Positions 48,501 through 60,990 of a stretch of DNA of 64,000 bases are shown piece after piece. The position numbers and the translations under genes are program-made. Source of the DNA: Pavona decussata (lineage: Eukaryota); the NCBI GenBank assembly GCA_977016875.1, contig CDRNST010000226.1, positions 744,001-808,000 on the forward strand, read 5' to 3'. Every line of letters begins with the position of its first letter. Position 1 is the stretch's first letter. The notes below the pieces were generated by a model that did not search any database, was not told the DNA's origin, and saw only the letters and a list, made by a program, of their open reading frames with translations.

Positions 48501-51500
48501 TTTAAAGTTTATTTGCATCTTGCTATGCAAGGAGTCAGCAGTTATTAACTCCTCCATTTGGACCAAACTGATCCATTCAGATCAAGTGGATTGCACCCAT
48601 AAATTACACCTTACAATCAAATTTTTGTTCACTAGGTGGTCAATAGGCCATCTCCGAGTTGCTTTGAACCTCATATAAAAGCGAGGCTAAGTGCATAGTT
48701 TTTATTATGAAAATTAGTTTCCATTCATATGAAAACAAAAGTAATTTTTGCTCTTCGTCTTGCTTTCATGAGGTTCAAAGCAACTTGGAAATGGCCTAAA
48801 AAACTGTACAAGAAGTTCTCAACAATATACTTACATTGTCACATAATTTGCGAAATTCTGTCCGACGAGAATACTTCAAACAAAACTTGAAAGCTGAAAA
48901 GTATGATTACACCTTGTTAGAACAGTGCAAATAACAGCAGTCGCAAATAGAATCAAATTGAACTAAGTTATAGTATTACTGTTGAGCAAACAATCAGTTC
49001 ATGCGAATAAAGGAATGATTATAACAGAAATTAAAATGTTTTGATTTTTAAGCTTATCCTCCCTACTTGTACTGTGAGAAATACTATGGACTGGATAGTA
49101 AGGAGAATATGCTATTAATACTGGGGCTTAAAGGGTTAAGAGTGATCTTGTACCTTGCTGAGCGGTGTCATGGTAGAGCTTCTCCACTCGGACATTATTT
49201 CGCAGTAGTTCTAAGACATTGCGATAAGCCTCCCATAGAAACTTGACCCAGGGTGTCAACATGACCCTGTCTGTACGATCCTGAGTGTCTTCTCCACTGA
49301 CAAAACCGAGCAATATGCTGAAATGGAAACACAGCACAGTTTAGTAATTCAAATAATGCAAATATGTAACACTGTGAATACAGATGAGCCTTTGTATGTG
49401 GACACCAGTGGCAGCACCCCCAGGTGTTTGTTTAATACAAGTTGTCTGGAAGTTGCAAGTGGCTTGGTCTATGACAGAGTGTCCAGTGCTTCAGCAAGAC
49501 CTGGCACCCGCTGGAGTTCTGGTGGGTATTCTCTTCTGTTTCCACAGTCCAAGAGTAGACATACATAAATAGGGAACTTAAGCAATGATGACAGTGACGG
49601 CAATGGCAATGCCACAAAACAATAGTTTTAATTAGGAAAGACAATCTCCCTACAACCTGTGTTTTAAATTTCAGTACATTTCTTTGCGTCTTCAGCAAAA
49701 CAACAATGTGAAATGACCAAATTCAAGGGTTTTTGGAGAACGCAGGACCCGGGTACCAGTACCAGGACACACAAGAGTCAGTACCTGCCTACTTTCAAAC
49801 TGAACATAAAGAAATTCACTTCAAGCATAATTTTCTGTCCAGCTACTCTCCTATAGGTGCCCCCCTACTTCAAAACTTAATGAAACCCCTGAGAACGTGA
49901 GCACAAATGGTGAATTTTTCATTCTCTTTCTTAAAGTGCCACTACGACGAAAATTTTTACTTCTATTTTCGCCCTTTTCGTGTTCCAATCCATTTAATGA
50001 GTTCGAAATTGCAAAAATAGCTATTAATTAGCTTTATACAAGCTTACTGATCCTGGGAATAAGTGGCCGAAAACCATCGAAAACCCGTCCGCCATTACTC
50101 CGACGGCAAAGTGACGCCCGTGGTGATTCTACAATGCGGTTGCTTGTATGAGATCTTTGCGTGACGTCATACGCGCATCGAACATCGTGCGTTCCTTGCA
50201 AGAACTCAGTAAACCTCAGTAATCGAAAGTCCTAAAGTGAATAGGCAAGATTATTTGTAAGATTCGCCATCCAGTTTGATAAAAAGCGATCTAAAGGACA
50301 ATTTTATCGAATATCTTGGATTATAATTTCCTTGGCGGTGGATTTGGAGTCGTATGACTGCAAAGAATACGCTTCGAAGACACGCGAACAGCTCATTCAA
50401 GCCTGGGATTTACATGTAAAGCAGAAGAAGAAACGAATTCACTCCGGCATTTTTTACTCAGCAACTGTATTGGAGGTAGACATATGGTTATTTAATATTC
50501 TGGTTATGTTTTCTATTTGGGATTAGTAAACAGAACCTAATCACTATTCGCAGAAGCACTTGAGCAACAAATTATTGATTAGGATGGATAACTCCAGACA
50601 TGTTGATGTTGGTGGCGTGTATGGTGTTCGCAAGTATCAATCAAAGCTGCATAATGAGTCAAGAGAAAAAGAACTATTATCCTGGTTTTTTTATAGTTCA
50701 ATAAAGCTTTGACAAAACTAAAATGATGTATAATTAACTTCAGTTGAAAAGTGGGTAGCTATAGCTGTAACCTACAGAATATTTGCAATAATACAATACT
50801 ACAGGGCTGTAATCTACCAGGTATTACCTGGTTAGATCCCTTCCTCATTCTACAACAACTTTCAAGCAGTAAATGAAGTAATCATGAGGGGCCTAATATT
50901 TTAAAGCCACAGTCCATGTAACATTCAACAATAAATTGTTGTAAAGCCTTCAAATGCGGCTGGAAAACTAAAGATTAATAAGAACGTTTAGGAGGACAGC
51001 TAAGGAGGAAACCTTAGTAGGCTTACATCATATCTCATCCATATTTGTTATTTTAATAATGTTTGTTCCTTGGTCAATGAGGATGTGTGAATCTGAGTGA
51101 AACAAGCAAACCAGCCTCTTATCTCATCTAAAACTGACACTATAATTGTAATCATTTTACATGTTGAGTGTGAAGAGCCAGCATAACACTGTGCTGTAAC
51201 AGTATTGTATTTTCCCACAAATCATACAATGTTCACAGACATAAAATTGAAATATAATAGTTATGAAAGAATGACCATCCTTTCCACAGATATACCTTAA
51301 TTATTCTTGGAGATTCTACCAGAAATGAGATTAAATGTCTTTTTTCTTTGGTGTTTTAAATTAAGAGCCAATTATTACTTTAACCTAAGTTTTCACACAA
51401 ACCACAGCTTATTTTTTGTTTTTGTTCAGCGACATGAACTTCATTTTAATTCTTTTCTATCTTGTAAGTTTTATCTTACATGACCCCACAAACATTTTCA

Positions 51501-51711
51501 TGCGTTATACTTATACTATGTGTTTGTTGTTTTTCTATTCTGTTTAGCTTTTTTCTTCTGTCAAATAGCCCTGGCTTTCTTATGTTGGATGTTGATATCT
51601 GTGGGTTTTTACTTTGGCCTTCAGAAAATAACCAGAACTAAGAACAGGGCCAGCTTTAAATATCAAAGCCATTTTTTATGCCAATAATACCACATATTTT
51701 ACTTTATTTCA

Positions 51712-51748
<37 letters not shown>

Positions 51749-54700
51749 TTTTTTTTTTTTTTTTTTGGGGGGGGGGGGGGGGTTGTTTTGTTTTTGTTGT
51801 TGCTGTTATGACATAACACGCAAATCTCCCTCACAATGAACAAGCCAACAAAATAATTGGCAATCAGTAAACAATTTCCATAATCCCTTCACTGTTTATA
51901 TTAATGTGCCTGACCTATATCCAGGATATTTTTTTTGAAGACTCTCCTATCAGCTATGTTGGCAGTTTCTAAGATCAAATTTAAAGTTATGCCTTTTGCT
52001 GTGGCCCTCTCCGATAACCATTACAACAATGAGAATACTCAGAGCACAAGAATGCATGCCATGATCCCACTGGCCAAAAACCTTCCCTGTATAAAGATAA
52101 GTTTACCCTTGAAGTCAGAGGCCAGTCTTGCTGTCTACTCTCACCATGCCTGCAGCATTGTGGTTCTTGATGACATGGGCATGACAGCAACTTTTAAAAA
52201 AAACCACACACACACACAGTCTGCATTACCAGTACCTACTTGTCATATTGATATGATATCAATGCTAAATATTGCAAAAATGTGCTGGTAGTTCTCCTCC
52301 TCTCCCTTCCATTTATAAATTTGCACATTATGTACAATGTAAACCTTAGTGTAAGATCCTGGCCCATTCTTCTGGACAAGGTATCTTCTGTAACTGTGAA
52401 AAATGCCTTCATGCTTCCCTAAACTAACCCTAATAATACAGATCCCAGTATTTTAAGGTTCAGGAAGTGTCGTTGATAGATCTCAACTAAAAGCTAAGTG
52501 AGATTTACTATGGCATTATTTACCACGGGTAGTCCTATTTACCATGGTGTGCTTTGGTGACCTTGTTGACGCCTTTGCACTGTCTCTGGTATATACCAAA
52601 ACAGTGCAATACTTTTTTTTAGAAATTTATTATGTTGTACAAAAAATGCTGTAAAATTGGCTGTCCATATAACAGACTTTGCCAAGAAAACAAAAGAAGG
52701 CACAAATACAAAATTAATAATTCAAACACAAAGATGAAATTTACCAAGCACTGGTAGTTTTCCACACTCTTTAGAATAGAGTATTGGACAAAATACTGTC
52801 TCATAATTTTGTCAGTTTGGTTCATTTGTTCTCTTTAGTACAAACTAATATGGTTTAAATTGTAGATATTATCTTGACTTGTCCCACAAGATAACTTTCA
52901 GCATAATATTCACTGCAAGTCTGCACAAAGGTGCAGTCAAAGCACATTTACAAGTGATATTTAAAAAAATTGCTCAATAATAGTATTATAATTAGTTAAT
53001 AACACAGACCAAATAGGATTGCTACAAGACCTTCTTGACTCACAGTAATCAGTGATAGCCACATTAGAGAATTTTGCAAGTTGGAGTGTCAGCAGGTCCA
53101 CATCAGCTGGAAAGTTGCCTGCAAATTTCTTCTGACCTGTACTTTCACATATCTTGTGATTGTTTCAATATATAGAGATTAATTTTTCATGTCAATGTCA
53201 CAATCAGTTTAATTACAATTGCTCATTTAATACAGATCGAAAATCTCGCCTTGCTGTGTATTCTACAGTCGGCATACAAGTCTTTCAGAAATGTGTTGGG
53301 TGCTTTGTACGAAGAGAGCATTCGAAAAACTCGAGGCAGTTGATTGTCAATATTTATTATACCACAAGCAATTATTATTATTATTTGAATAAAATGGAGT
53401 ATCTATGCACTTTTATTTTCCCAAAGCATGACACTTATAGGAAGTAGACGTAATGAACACTGGACAAACAAAGCATTACAATGAGCTATAAACAAAACAT
53501 ACACACCACCACTCCGCGCCACTTGCTTTCATTGCACGCATTCACGAAAACAGTTCATTTCCGATTAGTTACCTTGGCCTAATCGCTTCACTTAGTCCCT
53601 CGCTTTACCTTGGAAAGTAAACATCGAGGCAGTAGCATTGCATGGCAGTCCTTGCGTTTGAGTTTCCCTCGAAGCAGCTGTCGAAGTCGTCGAGAGGATA
53701 TGTCTTTACAGACTTTAGTACTTCGGTGCGATGTACAAAAAGACGATTTGTCTGAAGAAATTACCCCCTTTTGACGTATTTCAGAACCATAAATGTTCAA
53801 ACAACCACCGTTAGGTTTCTTTCGGTTGCCCACAATACGTGTGCGTTGTAAAGACGGCCCTTGAGCCACTAAAATAAAAAGAAGTGGCTTCTTTCAGCGA
53901 GATCGAACATTCGAGAGCAGGCCATGTTGTTGTGCGCGTATGACGTCATATTGCTGTCGGTGCAACTAGATCCAGCTCTCTATGTAGTTCACGGCCATTT
54001 GTCGTTCGAGTAATGGCGGCACAGCGAAGCTGAACTTCGCGTTTAAAATAACTGGTCTTCCCGTTGGAATTTCGATGTAAAATTTGGCGTGGTTAGTATT
54101 TATCACTTCTACTTTCCAAAGCTGAAGAAAAAAAGGGATGCAAAATTTTGATCGTAGTGGCACTTTAACTTCAATGCCACGCCTACCAATTTGTTTCCTG
54201 GGTAGTTCACTGTTTTTGTACAAGTTGGATGAGTTGAAATAATCGTGAAGTAGCGAAAATAAAATGAACCTATATATTTCAAGTCAAGTTTTTATTGGCT
54301 TGCTGTCGCCATTGCTGTTGCTTAATTTCCCTAATGTTTTCATGGACCATCAGAAACATCCTAAGAAGAAATGCCTCATAATTTATACAAATATAATGAA
54401 AACCAGATGGAATACCTTTCAGGTGTCTGTATCTGATCCAAATCTTCCACAGTAGGAACCTGCTCGCGAGACTCTTGCCTGGCAGCTTCTGCGCGGTCTT
54501 CAGCAAGCTTGAGGAAGTAGCGAATAACATCTTCAAGAGATACAATGTTAACTTGCTGGCAAATCAGCTTGTACTGATATAATCCTTCCTTTGCTACATG
54601 GCTTCTTCGGAGGTCAACACACAACTCCAAGTACTTGAATAGAATAGGCTCATGGATTTTGTTCTGCCATGTACGATGTTTCTTGCTTTTTATAACATCG

Positions 54701-55942
54701 TATAATGCATCCAGTGCTGGCTCTTTCTTTCCAACTTCAATGAATTCTAAAAATAAATTACAAATATTAAAAAAATTCCAGTACTTACAAGTATAATGTA
54801 AGAGAATTCTAGTACATTTAATGACCCTTAGATCTGATCAGATCCATTGAAAACCACTTTTTTTGGCCTCCCAGTTGAAATTTTTCCTTATCATTAATGG
54901 GAGTAAAGAATACCGTACATGCACAGGTACAACTTTTCAAATCAAGGAACTTTTAACATGCGACGTGATTTTGTGTTGTCATGGGTTTTCTTCAATTTGA
55001 AAACAAAGTAGCCATTCTCATTTAATGTCAATGATACAAAAAAAATGGCCCAGTATTATGTTCTAGCTTTCAACTAAAGTTAAGAGTAATAAGGATATTG
55101 TAGGGGTGTGGGGATGTCATTTGCCTCCCACCAAAGGGTTTGATTCCCCGACTGGGTATCATATGTGGGTTGAGTTTGTTGTTGGTTTTTGTCCTTGCTC
55201 TGAGAGGTTTTTCTCCGTGTATTCTAGTTTTCCCCTCTCCTCAAAAAGCAACATTTCTGAATTCCAATTCAATCCGGAAAGTGTCCCCAATCACTGCCCT
55301 ACGCTAAATACATCTACACTAAATAAAGTAATTTATTTATTTTACGTACAATATGTGTACCCACGGGCGAGAACTGTAGCCCTCTTCTTTTAGTTTTTTT
55401 TAATCCATGCAACTAGCATGGAATGATGGCCATCAAGCCTGTCTACAATTTAACGACTTTCAAACACATTTCTAAACGAGCAGTTTTTTATATCCTCAAA
55501 AGAAGCCAAATCAAATAAAATCATCACTTTTAAAATGGCCAATACCTGTTAATCACGTGGTTAAAATCCTTCATCTGACCACTGTACTGTGCGTACGTAA
55601 CGATTTAGTTCGAAAGAAAGACCACGAGAAAATCGCCTATTTTGTGTTACCATTACAGCTTATTAAACAAAAAACCTAACACTAACAATTAAAACAACAA
55701 ATATACTAAAAAAAAAGGTCAAACGGAGTAAGCTTTAAATCTAAAAGATGTTTCGACCAGAATTGAATCGGTCGGCAAAATGGCAAATTTTGATGTACCA
55801 AAAGGTTTCGTTCGAAAACCTTTTTCAGCTTTCTGACGACGTTAAAGTTAATAGAGAAAAAGCCTCTTCTATGGGACATGTACTATTTCTTACCGTTCGC
55901 TCTTTTAAGAGCATTTTCTGGCCGCTGAAAGTAAACCGGCAT
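30571..55942 (-). CDS. EIF3A: Eukaryotic translation initiation factor 3 subunit A, ~22 exons
   Basis: Starts [16 protein letters not shown] (55894-55942). Internal exons include [50 protein letters not shown] and [12 protein letters not shown], then coiled-coil exons and an Arg/Asp repeat tail. The last exon (30571-30662) ends DGWTTVQYK*. Confidence 0.96.
31700..31966 (-). repeat. Coding minisatellite encoding ~16 [11 protein letters not shown] units of the eIF3a tail
   Basis: 18/15-bp ATGGATGATCGT(GGT)AGA units. Confidence 0.92.
32686..33786. mobile_element. Non-autonomous AcademH-like DNA transposon, 1.1 kb
   Basis: Long TIRs starting TAGC(C/T)TCCCACGCAGTCGTTTTTAGGGGACTCG and an exact 9-bp TSD CTTAAAGCG. 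Internal remnant SAVVISPLK resembles SF2/RecQ helicase motif Ia. Confidence 0.85.
35162..35645. mobile_element. MITE
   Basis: AGGATGCGTTCGATTGAC ... GTCAATCGAACGCAACCT. A related single end lies at ~20511. Confidence 0.7.
37100..37570. repeat. Decayed ~165-bp tandem repeat, 3 units
   Basis: GCATCAGAATAATCTTATTCAA-like heads at ~37103, ~37268 and ~37434. Confidence 0.6.
37653..37752. mobile_element. Short TAGC-terminal MITE (AcademH-like)
   Basis: TAGCCTCCTCTGCAGAC ... GTCTGCATAAGAGGCTA with an exact 9-bp TSD GGCTATCAT. Confidence 0.8.
38166..38310 (-). ncRNA. Candidate intronic H/ACA snoRNA
   Basis: Hairpin, H box AGAGAA, second hairpin (TGTAC/GTACA and TGCAG/TTGCA stems), then ACA-ATT. 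It lies ~95 nt upstream of an eIF3a acceptor. Folding by eye only. Confidence 0.35.
40697..40783 (-). ncRNA. Intronic C/D-box snoRNA (copy A)
   Basis: CTGCA stem, C box ATGATGA, C'-like TGAGGA, guide ACCACCCATAG, D box CTGA, closing TGCAG. It lies ~90 nt upstream of the 3' splice site. Confidence 0.8.
41400..41499 (-). ncRNA. Intronic C/D-box snoRNA (copy B, paralogue of A)
   Basis: TTGCTGT stem, ATGATGA, ATGAGGA, guide ACCACCCATAG, CTGA, closing ACAGCAA. It lies ~80 nt upstream of the 3' splice site. Confidence 0.8.
41571..41819. mobile_element. Degenerate MITE
   Basis: CCGGTTGTTCAAAAGCGGATAA ... TTATCTGCCCTTTGAACAACTGG. Confidence 0.65.
43099..43905 (+). mobile_element. Non-autonomous Helitron-like element
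   Basis: 5' end A|TCTATACT. Subterminal hairpin GTGTCTACG-CTTC..GAAG-CCGTAGACAC followed by TTAG|T (canonical is CTAG). Internal (CACTCTTT)n. Confidence 0.6.
48644..48798. mobile_element. Short MITE
   Basis: TAGGCCATCTCCGAGTTGCTTTGAACCTCAT ... ATGAGGTTCAAAGCAACTTGGAAATGGCCTA. Confidence 0.75.
49571..54332. mobile_element. MITE split by the nested Kolobok-like insertion
   Basis: AAT|AGGGAACTTAAGCAA ... TTGCTTAATTTCCCT|AAT, i.e. inverted ends with a 3-bp TSD. Confidence 0.7.
49935..54164. mobile_element. Kolobok-like DNA transposon, 4.2 kb, degenerate
   Basis: TTAA|AGTGCCACTACGACGAAAATTTT ... AAAATTTTGATCGTAGTGGCACT|TTAA. Purine-purine termini and a TTAA target fit Kolobok. No intact transposase ORF. 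Confidence 0.8.
55105..55345 (+). mobile_element. tRNA-derived SINE with V-domain-like core
   Basis: GTGGGTTGAGTTTGTTGTTGG..AGGTTTTTCTCCGTGTATTCTAGTTTTCCCCTC core and a (ATTT)-type tail. Confidence 0.6.
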
Positions 55943-56155
55943 GGTGAAATCTCCCACGCCGTCTCTTCCACGATTCACCAAGAAGAAGGCCGACCGCAGG
56001 GCTTTGTGGTCATACGGCCTCGATTCAAAGCTCGCGGATAACACGCGCGTAAAGCCCGCCAAATATGGTGGAAAAGTGTTCCCAGGAAAATCCGCTGGAA
56101 AATCCACTTTCCATGCAGAATCATGTTTGTGTTTTCGTAGCCAATTGACATCGAT

Positions 56156-56568
56156 ATACCTGCCAACTCTCACGCCTTAGGCGTGAGTCTCACGCCTGTG
56201 GGTTGAAAACTTCGATCTCACGCCGGCTCACGCTTGCGGGTCAATTTCTCACGCCTGATTGAAAAATGTGAGTTTTTGCCGTCTCGCTTGACACAATTTC
56301 CAAAAATATGTTAACTCAGACCCATGCTAGAACGAAAACCATGTGCAAAAGGAATAAATGACAATACCTTCCTCGCGATCTCTGATTTTTGAAGGTGAAA
56401 AGCACTGGGAGCGAGCTCGCGTCTATACGCGTCCTGAGACTTCGGACGCCCTCGCAAGACTTCGGAATTTTTCGGGATTCTTCGGAAATAATCGTGTCGT
56501 CTTTAAAAATCCCAGCACTCCCAGGATAAAAATCTCACGCCTATATCTCAGAAAAAGTTGGCAGGTAT
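56156..56568. mobile_element. hAT-like MITE in the eIF3a/arylsulfatase divergent promoter
   Basis: TIR ATACCTGCCAACT/AGTTGGCAGGTAT with exact flanking repeat ACATCGAT and internal TCTCACGCC repeats. Confidence 0.85.
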
Positions 56569-56648
56569 ACATCGATCGTGAGTGCGGCAGAAGAACCTCA
56601 AATGTGAAGTCCTTCGTACTGTTTACTTAGCATTTTCCTGCAGCAACG

Positions 56649-59600
56649 ATGTGGAAATCTTGGTTCACCTTTATTTTTCAGTTTTTTGTGTTCAACCTCG
56701 TCACATCTACAAAGCCTAACTTTGTAATATTTCTCGTGGATGATCTCGGAATCGCGGATGTGGGATGCTTTGGAAACGACACGATTAAAACACCTAACAT
56801 CGATCGGCTAGCTGAGCAAGGAGCTCGCTTGCGACACGATGTGACACCAGATTCGATCTGTACACCAAACAGGGCCGCTTTTCTTACAGGAAGATATCCA
56901 ATCCGTTCAGGACTTTGTGGACAAATAAGAGCGTTCATTTTCTCATCAACATCTGGCGGTCTGCCCCAAAATGAAACGACATTTGCTGAGATTGCATCTG
57001 CTGCCGGGTATGCGACAGGTCGGTATTGACCATCCAGGGCTGGGATGGAGGGAGAAAGTGGGTGTGTACTGCCGAGTATTTCCAAAGCGTGACCCAATTG
57101 TACACCAAACCTTTGTATTTTTTCACATACTCTAGTCTGTCTGCAGAGCAAGGCAAGTGCATGTTTGAGTTTCAGAAAATGCCTCTCTTTATTTCTTTCA
57201 AAAAGTGCCACCTCTGTATGTGCAAGATCTTGTCAAGTTCTGTCATACTTTACAGTGTCAGGTGTGATTGGACAAGCCAATACAGGAGTGGCCATCCTTC
57301 CTGCACATAGTGTAGGTGAAAACTGATGCTGGTCTGTCTGCCTGGTTTTGGGCTTTTCTTTCCATATTGTGGCTTAAATTGTAGCACATACTGGAAAAAT
57401 GAAGAGATCATCCATCTGTCATGTGCAGTATCTACCTCAACGGTATCCGGTCAGATCATTCCAAGTCAGATTGTTCCAGTAAAGTCAGATCGCTCCACAA
57501 AAAAGTAAGATTGCTCCACGATAAAGTCAGATCGTTCCACTTAGAAATGTTCAGACAAAAAATCTTTTCAACAGTTAATAGATCACTCCACGGGTGTTAT
57601 TCGAGTGTAAGTTCAGTTGCTTACATCATCGATCAGAAGGATCAACTGTTCATAGGATCAATAGAGTATCCCTGTATTGATTTTACTGCAAACATGACCA
57701 AGCACTGCTCATATGATCGATCAAGGCGATGAACTGTTTACATGATAGGTCGAGTCTAGGTTGTAGACTAACCACAATCAAGTTACTGCGTCTTTTAATA
57801 ACATGCAGACTCTGAAGTTCTGTTAACAAGAAAACTTAAAGAGCGTTCCGTTTCCGAAGGAAATATATTTGCTAGAATACCTTCAAACCGCGACATTAAG
57901 TCCGATTACACTCAGTGAAGATGGTGACGCATTTCAGTACATTAACTCTTTCCGTTAACTTAACATCGAGCAGGACATTTTTCTTTACGTTTACATCGAG
58001 TAAGAATGTTTTCTTGACTCTTCCTAAGTGGAACGCACTGACTATATTGTGGAATGATCTGACTTTTTTGTGGAACGATCTGACTTTATTGTGGAACGAT
58101 CTGACCGTAAACCACCTCAATATTTAATAATCTTCAATTTTCATGTTCGTGTGGGGAATGGTGCAGGAGTGTAGCTTCTCAGTAATATTATTTTTGATCC
58201 TTTGCTTTCTCTTTTTATTTTACTATGTAGGTGTTATTGGAAAATGGCATCTGGGATTGCACTTGTCATCTTCCTCTGATTACCACTTTCATCCCCTAAA
58301 GCAAGGGTTTCATTATTTTTTTGGTCTGCCACTGTCAAATGGAAGATTTTGTGAATCAGGTCCCTATTCTATCATTGCAGTCATCATTCCAGGATTGAAG
58401 CCAACTAACATCCTAATTGCTGCAACAATTGTTTGTATAACACTGCATATCTGTTACCTCACTGGCTTATTAAACAAGTTTGTTTTCTATTTCCTTTTAA
58501 CAATAATTGTGTTAGTTGCTTCAATGGTGTCTACATATATAACAATGTATGGAAGGTTTAATTGCTTTCTGATGAAAAACTATGACGTTGTGGAGCAACC
58601 TACCGTCTTTGAAAACTTAACAGTGAGGTTTACAGATGAAGCGGTGAACTTTATTCGAGCAAACAAAGATGGCCCCTTTCTGTTGTACATGTCGTATGCC
58701 AAAGTGCATACTCCTCTCTTTACTTCACGAGCATTTGTCAATCACAGTGTCCATGGTCGCTATGGTGATAACGTAGAGGAAATGGATTGGAGTGTTGGAC
58801 AGATCATGGCTGCTGTTGAGAAACTGGGTTTGAAGGAAAACACTTTTGTTTACTTCACATCTGACAATGGTCCTCACTTAGAACAAACAGATCCTTTGAC
58901 AGGCGAATACCTGGGTGGCTGGAAGGGTATTTACAAAGGAGGTAAGCCAGATGTGCGACATAATGATTGCCTGCACATTTGTCAGTCTATGTTTACTGCC
59001 CCCAATTCCACCATAGATCAGCCTGAAAATGGTTATCACTGACATGCAACTCTGGAGTATTCAGAAGGCCAGAATTGGCATCCAAACCACGTACAGACTG
59101 TTCTTGGACTGAGCAATATCCAGTTATAGCTAAAGAACATTTTTCACTTTCTAGAGGCACAAACCTCTTAGACAACTATAAATGGACTCTTTATGTGGAG
59201 GGAAACTTGATTTGTAGTTTACCTCCATTCCTACGAGGTACTTCAGTTCAGCTCCCTTTGTCAGCCCCCTATTGTCTCATTTATCAAGATTAATTTTTTA
59301 TTGATATATTTGTTTCTTTAAATATAGTAATATTTCATTAATAGGCAAAGGACAGTGTTGGGAAGGTGGTGTGAGGATGCCTACAATAGTATCATGGCCA
59401 GGACATATTGCTGCTGGAGTCTCACTTGACAAGCTCACAAGCACCATGGACCTATTACCCACAGTTGCCAAACTAGCAGGTGGAGATGTTCCTCAGGATA
59501 GAATAGTCAACGGAAAAGACCTTTTGCCATTACTGACCAACAAGACACAACAGTCATCTCATGAATTTATTTTCCACTATTGTGCAAATCACTTGCATGC

Positions 59601-59997
59601 TGTTCGTTATCATCCAAAGAACAGCGATGTTGTCTGGAAGGCGCACCTTGTGACACCCAAATGGACCGAAGGAACTGACTCCTGTAGTGGAAAAGGCATT
59701 GTTTGTAGGTGTCAAGGAGATTTTGTCACAGTCCATGATCAGCCTCTTCTTTTTGATGTCACAAATGATCCCGCAGAGAGCACTCCTATTGCTTCAAACA
59801 GGTCAGAATACCAAGAGGTCATGAAACATATCTTCCCTGCAATTAAGATGCACAAAGAAGGCATTGACAGTGTGCCTAATCAGCTGGAACTAAATAAGAA
59901 CTTCTTCCACCCCACCCTTCAAATGTGTTGTAATTTTCCATTCTGTAGCTGTAAGGAAACAGACAGAAAACTTGAACATTATCCTGAAAACATATGA
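56649..59997 (+). CDS. Steryl-sulfatase / ARSD-E-F-H-like arylsulfatase, 3 exons (56649-57018, 58231-58941, 59345-59997)
   Basis: Signal peptide, KPNFVIFLVDDLG, formylglycine motif CTPNRAAFLTGRYP, GKWHLG, a two-helix membrane hairpin, FTSDNG, WEGGVRMP and C-terminal CCNFPFCSC. Confidence 0.92.
57442..58113. mobile_element. Merlin-like MITE with subterminal ~21-bp repeats
   Basis: GGT...ACC termini and inverted arrays of AAAGTCAGATCGTTCCAC. Flanks ACCTCAAC/ACCTCAAT (8 bp, one mismatch). Confidence 0.75.
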
Positions 59998-60104
59998 GCA
60001 AATTGATGAACTTCTTACTACAGTTAATTAGAATTACAAATAACAATAAATCTGACTGGCTATGCTAGCTCTTCTTTCTCTAATGGAAGTGAAATATTAT
60101 ACTG

Positions 60105-60840
60105 CAGGGTCCTACATAGCGGGGGCGGGGGGGGGGGGGGGGGTCAGAGGTGGCAGCTGCCCCCACCAGGAAAACTAAATTTTTGTTTGAGTTTGCTGAG
60201 CTATTTCTTGTAGCTATATTGGTCCAGAATCACAAGAAAATCGACTAATCGACTGAAAAAATCTCACTTTAATGTTACTTCCAAATAATTATTTTGGAAA
60301 ATCTTTGGAGGCAAAGGCGAGTACAAGTTTTCTTGTGAAAATAATAATAATAATAATGATTTCGTAATTTGGGCTGCCTGTGGTTTAGAATTGTGTAAAT
60401 AAAGAGTGACAAACCTACGCGACTCCCTCGCGCATGTTTTAGCCATTTTAAATCTATCTGACACGAGTAGGTTTTTTCAGAGCTAAATTCAGAGTAAATT
60501 GGTTTTTAAAGGCCTGCGCTAATCCCAAGTATTTGTAGCGGATTTGGACGATCTGTTGTTCACAGTATAGCTTGAGTTTAAGATGATATATAAATCATCA
60601 TTGTGTAGCAGAGACCTTGGAGACAATTTCGAGCTAAACAAGGTGTTTATGCCATAATAAATCATGAAAATTTAGGACAAACAACATCAGTGTGTTTTGA
60701 TTTCTTTAAAGGTCTAGGCACCAACTTTCTGTGTAGGGGTAAAAACGAAAACGTCCACCTAGAAACCCTGTCTGTATACAGGAGACCCCTGTGTGTGCGG
60801 AGTTTGCCCCCCAAGACAAAACATCCTAGGTGCGGCCCTG
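60105..60840. mobile_element. Possible hAT-type MITE
   Basis: Imperfect ends CAGGGTCCTACATAG ... CTAGGTGCGGCCCTG. No matching TSD. Confidence 0.4.
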
Positions 60841-60844
60841 CCTG

Positions 60845-60990
60845 GAAAAAAAAATAGGACTTAAACAGGATTCGAACCCATGGCCTCAGGTGTAGTGCTA
60901 TACCAACTGAGTTATGAAGCCAATATTTAGGAGCTGGTCATTTTGTGAGTTCGTAATTTACCTTTAGCAGTGAAGAGATGGAAGTGAACT
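60845..60990 (-). mobile_element. tRNA-derived SINE-like fragment
   Basis: The minus strand has TAACTCAGTTGGTATAGC (A box) and GGGTTCGAATCC (B box). No acceptor stem. Confidence 0.6.
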
